DNA of 64,000 nt from Candidatus Falkowbacteria bacterium CG10_big_fil_rev_8_21_14_0_10_39_11 (GTDB taxonomy: Bacteria > Patescibacteriota > Patescibacteriia > UBA11705), in assembly GCA_002773615.1 (NCBI GenBank), contig PFAP01000011.1, forward strand, positions 8,307 through 72,306, read 5' to 3'. Of this stretch, positions 9,486 through 19,308 are shown piece by piece. A program made the position numbers and the translations under genes. Each line of letters starts with the position of its first letter. Positions within the stretch are counted from its first letter, which is position 1. The notes beneath the pieces are model-generated. The model saw only the letters and a program-made list of their open reading frames with translations. It had not been told where the DNA came from and ran no database searches.

Positions 9486-9516
9486 CTCCGTCTTAGGCGG
9501 ATGCGCCTTTGGCGCA
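9486..9516. repeat. Short palindromic element, family C
   Basis: ctccgtcttaggcggatgcgcctttggcgca, sitting inside a heptamer tract. Confidence 0.6.
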
Positions 9517-9521
9517 TAAAT

Positions 9522-9962
9522 TTAAAAAAAGTCATACAAAATACAGCTCGGTTCATAATACCCGCGAATGTTAAACTTCTCACGAACCCGAGTCATCAAA
9601 TCAGATCTAAAACTTCTGGCTTCAAAAATCATGTCACCACGATAATCATAAAATTGACGTGAAAACCAGTTTAATTTTGGCTTCTCCAAATCAACAACAA
9701 TCCATGAGCCCGAATCATTATTTAATCCCACAATTTTGTCAGCCTCCGTAAAACAACTGCATATCAAATCATTTGATGGTCTATTTGCGGCGGACAACAC
9801 TTGAGAATTTACGCAGTCAGTCAGTTCTTTCTTATAATCATTCAACTTCCAACCCAAATAAGCCGTAAAACAAAGTCTTGGAATAAAAACATATGAAACA
9901 AAAAGAATAACCAAAGCAACCAATATCCAAATAATAATTTTCCCGCCGTATAAATGTTTCAT
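9522..9962 (-). CDS. Hypothetical membrane-anchored protein
   Basis: N-terminal TM; SD gaggtg before ATG 9962. Confidence 0.6.
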   Translation of the reverse strand: MKHLYGGKIIIWILVALVILFVSYVFIPRLCFTAYLGWKLNDYKKELTDCVNSQVLSAANRPSNDLICSCFTEADKIVGLNNDSGSWIVVDLEKPKLNWFSRQFYDYRGDMIFEARSFRSDLMTRVREKFNIRGYYEPSCILYDFF

Positions 9963-10007
9963 ATCCACCTCACAATTTATCGGTTCCTCTAAACTGAGAA
10001 CTCCAGA

Positions 10008-10703
10008 TTACCTCACCTTACACACTTTAAACCAATCTTTAATTTCATTTCTAATGGCCTCTAAATCTTTGAGTAAAAATTTATTTTCGGACACAAATTC
10101 CTGATTGACCAATTCCGGCTCTGACCGGAACCTTTGGATATAATAAGCATCAGCCCCCTTCACCTGTTTCGCCATTCTTATTATATCTTCCGCCGTATGC
10201 AATCCCGGCAATACTGTCGACCGAAATTCATGCGGCAAACCACTTTCTCTTATAATTTTAACACTTTGCTTGAGTTTATCCAAATCAACTTTCACTCCCA
10301 CCACCTGTTCATACTTGTTCCATGGCGCCTTAATATCCATTGCAATATAATCAATCAAATCTTTCTTCATTAACTTTTGAATAATATGAGGTCTGAGACC
10401 ATTGGTATCCAGTTTTATTTTGTAACCCAAATCTTTTATTGATTCGCACACCTCTACAATATCTTTTTGCAAAGTCGGCTCACCACCAGTAATACAAACT
10501 CCATCCAGCAATTTTTTTCTTGCTCGCAAAAAATCCAGCACATCCTTTTCCGTTTTCAAACCTTCGCCAAACTTCTCAGGCAAAACCAATGCCGGATTAT
10601 GACAAAAGTGACATCGAAAATTGCAGCCAACCGTAAAAATCGTGGCGGCTACCTGCCCCGGATAATCAAGCAATGTCATTTGTTGTAAACCACCTATTAA
10701 CAT
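10008..10703 (-). CDS. nrdG: Anaerobic ribonucleotide reductase activase (radical SAM)
   Basis: CNFRCHFCHN, ITGGEPT, LDTNG; downstream of nrdD. Confidence 0.93.
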   Translation of the reverse strand: MLIGGLQQMTLLDYPGQVAATIFTVGCNFRCHFCHNPALVLPEKFGEGLKTEKDVLDFLRARKKLLDGVCITGGEPTLQKDIVEVCESIKDLGYKIKLDTNGLRPHIIQKLMKKDLIDYIAMDIKAPWNKYEQVVGVKVDLDKLKQSVKIIRESGLPHEFRSTVLPGLHTAEDIIRMAKQVKGADAYYIQRFRSEPELVNQEFVSENKFLLKDLEAIRNEIKDWFKVCKVR

Positions 10704-10983
10704 AATGAGTAATTAGTAAAAAGTAATATGTAATAAGTAAAATGTAAAGAGTAATCAATAGTCAGGGAACAGTTGTGAGTTATCAGTTGTCAATAATGAG
10801 TATTTTGATTAAATTCGCACATTCGCAACAATCGCGAACCTCTATACCATTCACCTAATTTCCCGTTCTATTTTCCCGCTTCCAACCACTATCCACTATT
10901 CACATTTTCTCCAAATCCTCATTCAGATACAAAGCCCCCGACCAAAGCCGAGGGACAATATTTTGAAATAAAATTAACTACAA

Positions 10984-11139
10984 CTATTTTTCACAGCTAA
11001 CAGAAAGCATTTTATCAAACTCTTTTCGATCGCCAAATTCGGCCTTTTTACCTTTATTCCAACGATGAACTGGGCTCAAATATCCGACCACACGAGAATA
11101 CACCTCACACTTTTGTCTTTGTAGCTTTTCTGCTGGCAT
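10984..11139 (-). CDS. Stand-alone NrdD glycyl-radical (C-terminal) domain
   Basis: CEVYSRVVGYLSPVHRWNKGKKAEF; start at ATG 11139 (TTG 11169 possible). Confidence 0.85.
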   Translation of the reverse strand: MPAEKLQRQKCEVYSRVVGYLSPVHRWNKGKKAEFGDRKEFDKMLSVSCEK

Positions 11140-11257
11140 ACTTTTTGTTTTTATTTTCTTGGTCGACAACTTTTTTTGTTATTGATCCAAGATCATGATT
11201 AAGCATTATTATTTTATAACTTTTTTAACAACTTTACCACCACAATATTTATCCACA

Positions 11258-13315
11258 TTACAGACTCCTTCTAAGCATTTCATCCGCATGCTCCACATAA
11301 CCCATTTCTTCATCACATTTGGGACAAAATTCGTGTTCACCAGACAAATATCCATGAACTGGACAAACACTAAAGGTTGGAGTGATTGTAAAATAAGGTA
11401 ATTTAAAATTTTCAGCAATTTTTTTGACTAAACTCTTGGTACTTTCCGCTGATGGCATATTTTCACCCAAAAAACCATGTAAAACCGTTCCACCGGTATA
11501 GCGAGTCTGCAAATCATCCTGCAATTTCAAAGCTTCAAAGATATCATCTGTATAGCCGACCGGCAATTGTGATGAATTTGTATAATATGGATCAGCTCCC
11601 TCTTCCTGCACCGCCTTTTCATTAGCTACAATAATATCAGGAAACTGTTTTTTGTCCAAACGAGCAAAACGATAAGCTGTACCTTCCGCTGGAGTCGCTT
11701 CCAAATTAAATAGCTGATTAGTCTCATTCTGGTAGTCCATGAGTCGCTCACGCATAAAATCAAGCGTCTGACGAGCGAATTTATGACCTTCAACCGTTGT
11801 AATATCTTGCCCCAACAGATTCAAGGCCGCTTCATTCATACCATTTAGTCCGATAGTATTAAAATGATTCTTCCAATATTCATCAAACCGCTCCTTGATT
11901 CCACTCAAATAATACATCGAGTATGGGTACAAACCATTATTGGTAAACTCTTCCAATACTTTTCGTTTGATATCCAAGCTTTGCTTGGCCAAATCCATCA
12001 ATTCACCAATTCTCTCAAAATATTCTTCCTTATCTTTGGCCACATAGGCAGCCCGAGGCAAGTTAATCGTTACCACTCCTATTGACCCAGTCAATGGATT
12101 GGCTCCAAACAACCCTCCGCCACGTTTTCTAAGCTCACGATTATCAAGCCGCAATCGACAACACATACTACGAGCATCATCAGGACTCATGTCACTATTA
12201 ATAAAATTAGAAAAATAAGGAATACCATACTTTGCGGTCATTTCCATTATCTTGTCAATAATAGCATTGTCCCAATCCCAATCAGCGGTCACATTATAGG
12301 TTGGAATTGGCCAACTAAGCACTCGACCACTCTTATCGCCCTCAATCATCACTTCAATAAAAGCCTGATTAAACATATCCATTTCCATTTGAAATTCACC
12401 ATATTTCTCTTTTTGTGGTTTTCCACCGATAATCACTGACTCCTCAGCCAAACTTTTAGGGACAAATAAGTCCAAAGTAACATTGGTAAAAGGTGTCTGA
12501 AAACCAACTCTGGTTGGCACATTGATATTGTACAAAAACATCTGGAGCTGCTGTCTTACTTGCTCGTAATCCAAGTTGTCATAACGAATAAACGGCGCGG
12601 CCAAAGTATCAAAACTGGAAACAGCCTGAGCGCCAGCAGCTTCGCCTTGTAAAGTATAGAAGAAATTGACCAACTGGCTGAGAGCTGTAGCAAAATGTTT
12701 TGGCGGTTTGCTCTGAACCTTTCCTCTCACCCCACCAAAACCACGCATAATTAAATCTTTAAAATCCCACCCACAACAATATGGCGCCAAAAGCTGTAAA
12801 TCATGAATGTGAAAATCACCATTCACATGAGCATCTTTGATATTTGGCGGATAAATCTTATTGAGCCAATAATGAGAGCTAATCGTAGAGGCGACATAAT
12901 TGTTCAATCCTTGCAGCGAATAATCCATATTGGAATTCTCTTTCACTCGCCAATCCTTGAGCTTCAAATAATCATCCATCAACTCATCAGAATTTATCAT
13001 GGCATCAAGATCTCTCATCTTAGCGTGTTGATCTCGATAAATAATATACGCCTTGGCCGCCTGAATATACTTGGCTTCAATCAATGTATTCTCGACCATA
13101 TCTTGAGCCTCTTCTACCGCTGGGATAGTTCGCTCATGAAATTTCTCATTCAATTTCTTGATTACCAAATCAGTCAATGATTCAGCCTCTTCATTTCCCC
13201 CTGATTTAGTTGCCTGCAATGCTTTAAAAATTGCCGTTTGAAGTTTCGCTTGGTCAAAATCAACAATGCGTCCATCACGCTTGCGAATTTGAATTATTTT
13301 GTTGCCTGCGTACAT
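11258..13315 (-). CDS. nrdD: Class III (anaerobic) ribonucleoside-triphosphate reductase with ATP-cone, lacking the glycyl-radical tail
   Basis: ATP-cone (IRKRDGRIVDFD), HIHDL, YCCG, SMCCRL, TPAEG, CPVHG...CPKC. Confidence 0.95.
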   Translation of the reverse strand: MYAGNKIIQIRKRDGRIVDFDQAKLQTAIFKALQATKSGGNEEAESLTDLVIKKLNEKFHERTIPAVEEAQDMVENTLIEAKYIQAAKAYIIYRDQHAKMRDLDAMINSDELMDDYLKLKDWRVKENSNMDYSLQGLNNYVASTISSHYWLNKIYPPNIKDAHVNGDFHIHDLQLLAPYCCGWDFKDLIMRGFGGVRGKVQSKPPKHFATALSQLVNFFYTLQGEAAGAQAVSSFDTLAAPFIRYDNLDYEQVRQQLQMFLYNINVPTRVGFQTPFTNVTLDLFVPKSLAEESVIIGGKPQKEKYGEFQMEMDMFNQAFIEVMIEGDKSGRVLSWPIPTYNVTADWDWDNAIIDKIMEMTAKYGIPYFSNFINSDMSPDDARSMCCRLRLDNRELRKRGGGLFGANPLTGSIGVVTINLPRAAYVAKDKEEYFERIGELMDLAKQSLDIKRKVLEEFTNNGLYPYSMYYLSGIKERFDEYWKNHFNTIGLNGMNEAALNLLGQDITTVEGHKFARQTLDFMRERLMDYQNETNQLFNLEATPAEGTAYRFARLDKKQFPDIIVANEKAVQEEGADPYYTNSSQLPVGYTDDIFEALKLQDDLQTRYTGGTVLHGFLGENMPSAESTKSLVKKIAENFKLPYFTITPTFSVCPVHGYLSGEHEFCPKCDEEMGYVEHADEMLRRSL

Positions 13316-13389
13316 ACTCTAATTATATATATTTAATTATTATCATAAAAAACATTCGTAGTATTTGCCATCAATTCGTAAATTTGTTA

Positions 13390-13860
13390 TTACTTCTTCC
13401 TTATCAACTTCTTGACCTCTTCTTCAAACTCCTCAGCATCAGTGAATAACTTGTAAACGGAAGCAAAACGAATATAGGCCACTTTATCTACCTTTTTTAA
13501 ATTTTTCATCACAATCGCTCCAACATCTTCACTTGAAATTACCGATCCTTCTTTTTTATTTTTGATAAACACCTGAATATCCCGTTCAATATTATTCACC
13601 AACTTTTTGAACTTTTCAACATCAAACTCTCGCTTTTCCAACGCTCGTCTAAGGCCTTTTTCCATTTTTTCTCGCGAATAAGATTCTCGATTTCCATCAC
13701 GTTTCAAAACAGAAACATCAAGAAGCTCAACCTCTTCATAAGTTGAAAATCGAAAATTACACTTGCTGCACTCTCTTCGTCGACGAATAGCTAGGCCATC
13801 AGCCGCCACCCTTGAATCCAGCACTTTTGTGTCTTCATTGTAACAAACTGGGCATTTCAT
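13390..13860 (-). CDS. nrdR: Transcriptional repressor NrdR
   Basis: MKCPVC, IRRRREC, RFSTYE, VAYIRFASVY. Confidence 0.97.
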   Translation of the reverse strand: MKCPVCYNEDTKVLDSRVAADGLAIRRRRECSKCNFRFSTYEEVELLDVSVLKRDGNRESYSREKMEKGLRRALEKREFDVEKFKKLVNNIERDIQVFIKNKKEGSVISSEDVGAIVMKNLKKVDKVAYIRFASVYKLFTDAEEFEEEVKKLIRKK

Positions 13861-13863
13861 AAT

Positions 13864-13912
13864 TCTCCATATATGGTATTTATTAACTAAATTATACCAC
13901 TATATGTAGTAG
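13864..13912. promoter_or_regulatory. Tandem NrdR boxes
   Basis: tctCcAtATaTgGtat and ccaCtAtATgTaGtag, 33 bp apart, upstream of nrdR. Confidence 0.7.
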
Positions 13913-14027
13913 CCGCCAAATATCCGGCCTTTACTCAAATTCTGGTAAAAAAACTAGTGTCGTTAAATTTAATACCGCAAAAAACTACACTTATCCACAA
14001 ACAAAAAAGAGGTTTGTTAACCTCTAA

Positions 14028-14903
14028 TCAACTCAACAATGTACGATTATTATTGCTGGTGTCATAAAACATCTCAATCTCGACTCTCTCAACCGATCTA
14101 AATTCATCAAAATACACCGAGTTCCCAGCCAACAAGCCTGTATCAACTCTATGAATTCTATATGCCCGACTAATCTGCCCAGGGAAAGCCCAAAATTCAT
14201 AAATCACGTCCTTACGCTCAATCACAAACCAAGTCTTGGTCACAGCATCATAACCACCGTCAAGCACTGCTTTCATCAGATCTGCCGACGGATTAATACA
14301 AATACTCGTGCCGACTTCTGGCATCATAAGCATTGGAAAATCACCGGTCGTATCACCACAAGCCCAAATCTTTGCCCTCGGCACATCAGGAAAACGTTCA
14401 AGCACACCGCGGATCACTTTTTGCTTACCTTCACGATCTAACAGTGTTCGCTCACCAGTAAAAACACCATCTTTTTTAAACATTTTAGTTCCATGAGCCT
14501 CATGCATTCCCCAAGCTCGGGCAAAAGCCTTGACCGCACTCTCAGGTGAGGCACTGATTCCACACACAAACCAACCATCATCAATTTTCTTTTGTATCAA
14601 AGCCCGAGAAAAACGATATAGATTGTTCTTTTCCCGGCTCAAAACTCGCTCGACCACAGCATCATACTCACTGACCGCTACTCCAGCCAAATTAGCCTCA
14701 AACAATCTGACTGCCTTCATCATATAATCATCAAAAGAACCCTCTCGTGCTTCCCAGCTTTCTTTGAAAGCATCAATCTCAGCCGCCACCTGCTCATTCA
14801 GCAAACCAACCCTGACCATCTCATGTACGATATCCAAAAAAATTGAATTACGCTTCACCGTTCCATCAAAATCAGTCAAAAGAACACCTTTGGGTTGCTT
14901 CAT
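14028..14903 (-). CDS. HAD-superfamily hydrolase (SerB-like, IB)
   Basis: DFDGT, ISAS, GDTTGD motifs; strong SD aggaggagg. Confidence 0.85.
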   Translation of the reverse strand: MKQPKGVLLTDFDGTVKRNSIFLDIVHEMVRVGLLNEQVAAEIDAFKESWEAREGSFDDYMMKAVRLFEANLAGVAVSEYDAVVERVLSREKNNLYRFSRALIQKKIDDGWFVCGISASPESAVKAFARAWGMHEAHGTKMFKKDGVFTGERTLLDREGKQKVIRGVLERFPDVPRAKIWACGDTTGDFPMLMMPEVGTSICINPSADLMKAVLDGGYDAVTKTWFVIERKDVIYEFWAFPGQISRAYRIHRVDTGLLAGNSVYFDEFRSVERVEIEMFYDTSNNNRTLLS

Positions 14904-14947
14904 CTTGCCTCCTCCTGTTTGAGTGCCGCGAATTAACGCGTCTTAGA

Positions 14948-15502
14948 TTACTCAGCATCCACCAATTGTGAAATCATCGATAAGACAAATTCCGCCCTTT
15001 CCTGAATCATTCCTACAGGCACATCGATAATCCGATACCCCAAACTCTCATAGGCCTACCGCACCAAATCAGCATCGTGGCTAGCTTGACTGAAACTTTC
15101 CTGCCGGACTCCATCGTTGGTATAAATCTCCGGCCACGGGGGGCAGAAGAAAACCATATCAGCATATCGGAATTTTTCACAGGCATCGAGGCAAAATTCT
15201 GATGGTTTTAGACCGTCTTTCAAATAATATGCGATTTCATCCGGCAAGCCTCTATCAAAAATACAAACATGGCTATCAGATGCCGTGACAAAATCCGCCA
15301 CCCTCCGACGAACAATAATCATCTGAAATTGTTGACGATTTTTCCATGGAAGATTCGGGCTATCCTCCCGAATCATACTTTCAATAATTTCCCGCGTGCC
15401 CTCAGCTACAGTTAGAACCCCCAAACGCTTTAATTCTTCCACCAATGAGGTTTTGCCTGAACCGGAGCAGCCCGTAATCACGAACTTCTTGTTATGATTC
15501 AT
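14948..15502 (-). pseudogene. AAA_28/NadR-like P-loop ATPase interrupted by an in-frame TAG
   Basis: GCSGSGKT, FDRG; after TAG (15056-15058) the frame continues AYESLGYRIIDVPVGMIQERAEFV to TAA 14948. Confidence 0.75.
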
Positions 15503-15743
15503 CCGCTTCCTCCCGCTGGGTATTAGCAAAAATTATCATATTTTTATAAATATGTCAATCAAAAAAACCAGCGAATCACTCCGCTGATTTTTTATTTTTT
15601 GTAAAATACTTTCACTACGAACGACTTGTCAGTTTCCCGTTTATTTTGTAAAAATCACAAACACTATTTGCCTAGCTTTCGTAGTTACAGTTAACCTCTT
15701 TTGTAAAAGCCAATTCATCAAGCAGTATAACTTCCGCCGCGCC

Positions 15744-15788
15744 CCTGCCTACCGGACATTCGGCGAACTCAATCGAGCCACAGGCAAG
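15744..15788. repeat. Family A palindromic element with a 25-nt nested insertion
   Basis: cctgcctaccgg[acattcggcgaactcaatcgagcca]caggcaag. Confidence 0.65.
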
Positions 15789-15845
15789 TAATTTTCGTCG
15801 TATCAGTATATTCGTAATCTAGTATTCGTACATTTGTAACAATAA

Positions 15846-17084
15846 TTACATCATTTTTTTCCGAATAAACGCCGGGATATCCAATTCATCATCATTTGAT
15901 CCAGATTCGGACGTTTTTCTTGGCCCCTCAGATCGTACCTCTTCTTGTATTTGTTGTTGACCCTGTGATGCTTGAGTCGCATTACTCATAAAATTATTAA
16001 CCATCTGGGAAGCATTATCCGCCACCTTTACTTCTTCTTTTTTTTCTTCTTTTATTTCAGGAGAAGACGATTTAGCTTGAAAATAATTTATTGGTTCATT
16101 ACTAACTTTCAAGATGTTATCCTTGGCAACCTTTTCGTCAAAACCGGTTGCCACCACCGTAATTTTAATTTCATCTTGTAATTTATCATTATGAACCGCT
16201 CCAAAGATAATTTTGGCATCCGCATCAACTGAATCAGTAATAACTTTAGCCGCTTCACTCACTTCATACATAGTCAAACTTTCACCGCCAGCAATTGTGA
16301 ACAAAATTCCCTTTGCGCCTTCCACTGAAATTTCTAGCAACGGACTGGAGACAGCTCCTTTAGCCGCCTCGATTGCACGATTGTCCCCACTAGCAATTCC
16401 CATACCCATCAAAGCTGATCCGCTAGATTTCATAATTGCTTTTACATCAGCAAAGTCGACATTGATAAGACCGGGTAAGGTGATCAATTCTGAAATCCCT
16501 TGAACACCTTGTCTCAAAACTTCATCAACCACCTTAAACGCATCAATCAATGGTGTTTTTTTATCTATCAATTGCCAAATTCGATCATTTGGAATTGTAA
16601 TTAAAGTATCAACTTTTTGACTCAGATTTTCTAAACTTTCTTCAGCAATTCTTCGTCGTGGACCACCTTCAAAAGAAAAAGGCTTGGTCACAACCGCAAT
16701 GGTCAAAATCCCCATTTCTTTAGAGATTTCCGCCACCACTGGAGACGCACCAGAACCGGTACCACCACCTAATCCACATGTAATAAACAAAAGATCGGTC
16801 CCCTTTAACAGTTCTCTGATTTCATTTTGAGATTCTTCAGCTGATTTTCGACCCAAACCTGGATCCATACCAGCCCCCAAACCTCTAGTTGTCGTTCGTC
16901 CAATATGGACCTTATAATCTGCCGCACTATTTTGTAATGCTTGTAGATCAGTATTTACGGCCACAAACTCTACGCCTTTAACTCCGTTTTCAATCATTCG
17001 ATTAACTGCTGATCCGCCTCCGCCTCCAACACCGATCACCTTTATTTTCGCAAAGGTTTCAATTTCCGGTTTAATTTCTGGCAT
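15846..17084 (-). CDS. ftsZ: Cell division protein FtsZ
   Basis: GGGTGSG tubulin motif, NVDFAD, C-terminal LDIPAFIRK. Confidence 0.98.
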   Translation of the reverse strand: MPEIKPEIETFAKIKVIGVGGGGGSAVNRMIENGVKGVEFVAVNTDLQALQNSAADYKVHIGRTTTRGLGAGMDPGLGRKSAEESQNEIRELLKGTDLLFITCGLGGGTGSGASPVVAEISKEMGILTIAVVTKPFSFEGGPRRRIAEESLENLSQKVDTLITIPNDRIWQLIDKKTPLIDAFKVVDEVLRQGVQGISELITLPGLINVDFADVKAIMKSSGSALMGMGIASGDNRAIEAAKGAVSSPLLEISVEGAKGILFTIAGGESLTMYEVSEAAKVITDSVDADAKIIFGAVHNDKLQDEIKITVVATGFDEKVAKDNILKVSNEPINYFQAKSSSPEIKEEKKEEVKVADNASQMVNNFMSNATQASQGQQQIQEEVRSEGPRKTSESGSNDDELDIPAFIRKKMM

Positions 17085-17162
17085 ATTTCAATAAATCAAT
17101 AATTAAACCTCCTCGTTCACGCCACAATATATAAAACATGTATCTTATAAAACTAAAATAAT

Positions 17163-18413
17163 TTAAGACAACAACGATTTGAACCATTTTTTAGCTCCAG
17201 CTACCACATCTTTGGCCGATTGCAATTTACCGCCCAAATTAAACTTACTCTTTGATTTCTGATCCAACATCTGATACCCCCAAAGCACCAAGCCCAATGA
17301 ATTCACAAACACCACGTCATTGACCTTATCTATTGCCGTATTGAAATTTTGAACCACTCCGATAGCGACCGGCAACATGGTTTTTTTCTTGGCCAACTCC
17401 AATATTCCCTGCAGCTTAGCTCCACCACCGATCAACACAATACCAGCTGGCAACAAGCCGCTACGATTTATCTTTTGCAACTCATTATCAACTTTTTCAA
17501 AAATTTCTTCAACTCTGGCATTGATAATCTCAGTAATATATTGTTTTGAAAAAACTTGATCATCACCACCCAAATCACGTAAATTTATTTCTTCACTCTT
17601 ATCAATTGGCTCATAGGTAGCTCGCCCATATTCTAACTTTACTCGCTCAGAAACCTCAATCGATGTTTGCAAGCCAATCGCCAAATCAGCGGTAATATGA
17701 TCCGCTCCAATCGGTAAAACGGCTGTATGAATCACATCCCCCTCTTCAAACACCAACACGTTTGTCGTCGAAGCTCCAATATCCACCAACGCGACCCCCA
17801 ATTCCTTTTGTCTAACATTCAAAATAACTTCCGACGCGGCCAATGATGACAAAACAATATCATTAATATCCAATCCGGTTCGATAAACACACTTGGTCAA
17901 ATTTTTGATATGAGAGCTAAGACCTCTTACCACTTGTGTGGTAACTTCCAATCTCAAACCGGTCATCCCCACGGGATCTTTGACCCCACTTTGATTATCC
18001 ACAGTAAAAGATTTTGGGATCACATGCAACACATCATAATTGACCGGCGCTGCGACTGATCTAGCCGCATCAATTACTCGCTCAATATCTTCTTCTTGAA
18101 TCTCGCCACTGGTTCTTGGTATCGCAATTACTCCATTACTCTCTTGTGAATTGATATGTACCCCACCAATACTAATCCAAACATTTTCTATTGGTAAACC
18201 GATCATCCGCTCGGCCTTTTCAAGTGCAGTCGAAATACTGGAGACCGTATCTTCAATACTAACAACCGACCCCTTGCTCACACCTTGAGAAGGGACCTCT
18301 ACGACTCCGATAATATTCAATTGTTGATTTTCCTGATTTCTTGAAAATTGCCCTATCACTACTCTAATTTGTGATGATCCAATATCAAGACCCGCGATCA
18401 ATTCCTCTGGCAT
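17163..18413 (-). CDS. ftsA: Cell division protein FtsA
   Basis: GLDIGSS, VDIGASTT, GGGAKL; upstream of ftsZ; start uncertain (18413 or 18434/18440). Confidence 0.96.
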   Translation of the reverse strand: MPEELIAGLDIGSSQIRVVIGQFSRNQENQQLNIIGVVEVPSQGVSKGSVVSIEDTVSSISTALEKAERMIGLPIENVWISIGGVHINSQESNGVIAIPRTSGEIQEEDIERVIDAARSVAAPVNYDVLHVIPKSFTVDNQSGVKDPVGMTGLRLEVTTQVVRGLSSHIKNLTKCVYRTGLDINDIVLSSLAASEVILNVRQKELGVALVDIGASTTNVLVFEEGDVIHTAVLPIGADHITADLAIGLQTSIEVSERVKLEYGRATYEPIDKSEEINLRDLGGDDQVFSKQYITEIINARVEEIFEKVDNELQKINRSGLLPAGIVLIGGGAKLQGILELAKKKTMLPVAIGVVQNFNTAIDKVNDVVFVNSLGLVLWGYQMLDQKSKSKFNLGGKLQSAKDVVAGAKKWFKSLLS

Positions 18414-18516
18414 AGTTTTTGAAACTAGTTTCATATTCAATTATATATAAGTTCAACACTTTTATAAACAACTTTGAACACATAATTAACTCACACTAAT
18501 TATATCTCAAAGTTTA

Positions 18517-18873
18517 TTAGAAAAATCTTGACCCGAAAATAAACAAACCAATTATTACTGCTGAAATTACAGTGATTAATACCACTGATGACATTATATT
18601 TTTAATATCATGAGCAAAGACATGAACCCGCGGTTGCAACATATCCACAAGACGTTCAAAAGCAGTGTTCAGCATTTCCAGCACCAGAACAAACAAGATA
18701 AGCAAAATGATTACCACCCACTCCCACGGTTTTAGCTGAAAATAAATCCCAAAAACCACAACAATTAGCGCGACGAGGAGCTGTAACCGAAAATTTTGTT
18801 CCGTTTTAAAAACAGTTTTAATTCCTTTCAAAGCAAACCTAAAACTCCGTTGTAATCGCTTCAACTTTACCAT
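18517..18873 (-). CDS. dgkA: Diacylglycerol/undecaprenol kinase family
   Basis: SFRFALKGI, EQNFR, EMLNTAFERLVD. Confidence 0.9.
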   Translation of the reverse strand: MVKLKRLQRSFRFALKGIKTVFKTEQNFRLQLLVALIVVVFGIYFQLKPWEWVVIILLILFVLVLEMLNTAFERLVDMLQPRVHVFAHDIKNIMSSVVLITVISAVIIGLFIFGSRFF

Positions 18874-18879
18874 ATATTA

Positions 18880-19305
18880 TTAATTAATTTGATCTAATAT
18901 TTTCTTTTCCAACGCTTCCATTTCTTCCGCCTCAGAATTTTTTATATGATCATATCCGAGCAAATGCAATAATCCGTGAATCACCAAAATTATCACCTCC
19001 TTTTGTTCGCCGATGTTCTTTTCCTTTGCCTGTCGTTTGGCTTGATTAACCGCAACAAAAATATCCCCCAAATATACAACCCGACCATCAACTTCACCGT
19101 CAACAAACGACAAAACATCAGTCACTTTATTTTTCTTTCGATACTTTTTATTTAGCTCCTGAATCATTTTATCACTGACAAATACTACCGAGGCTTCATT
19201 TCTATTTTTCAACTTTAACCTTTTATTTATTATATTTGCTGTTTTTTCAATCAACCGTCGAGGAACTATAAATCGAACTTTTTTTTCAATATTTACATTT
19301 ATCAT
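18880..19305 (-). CDS. ybeY: rRNA maturation RNase YbeY
   Basis: TDVLSF, HGLLHLLGYDH. Confidence 0.96.
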   Translation of the reverse strand: MINVNIEKKVRFIVPRRLIEKTANIINKRLKLKNRNEASVVFVSDKMIQELNKKYRKKNKVTDVLSFVDGEVDGRVVYLGDIFVAVNQAKRQAKEKNIGEQKEVIILVIHGLLHLLGYDHIKNSEAEEMEALEKKILDQIN

Positions 19306-19308
19306 AAA

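Noticed and set aside
17107-17113. AGGAGGT as the ftsZ ribosome-binding site
   Set aside because: About 22 nt from the ATG, too far for a functional SD
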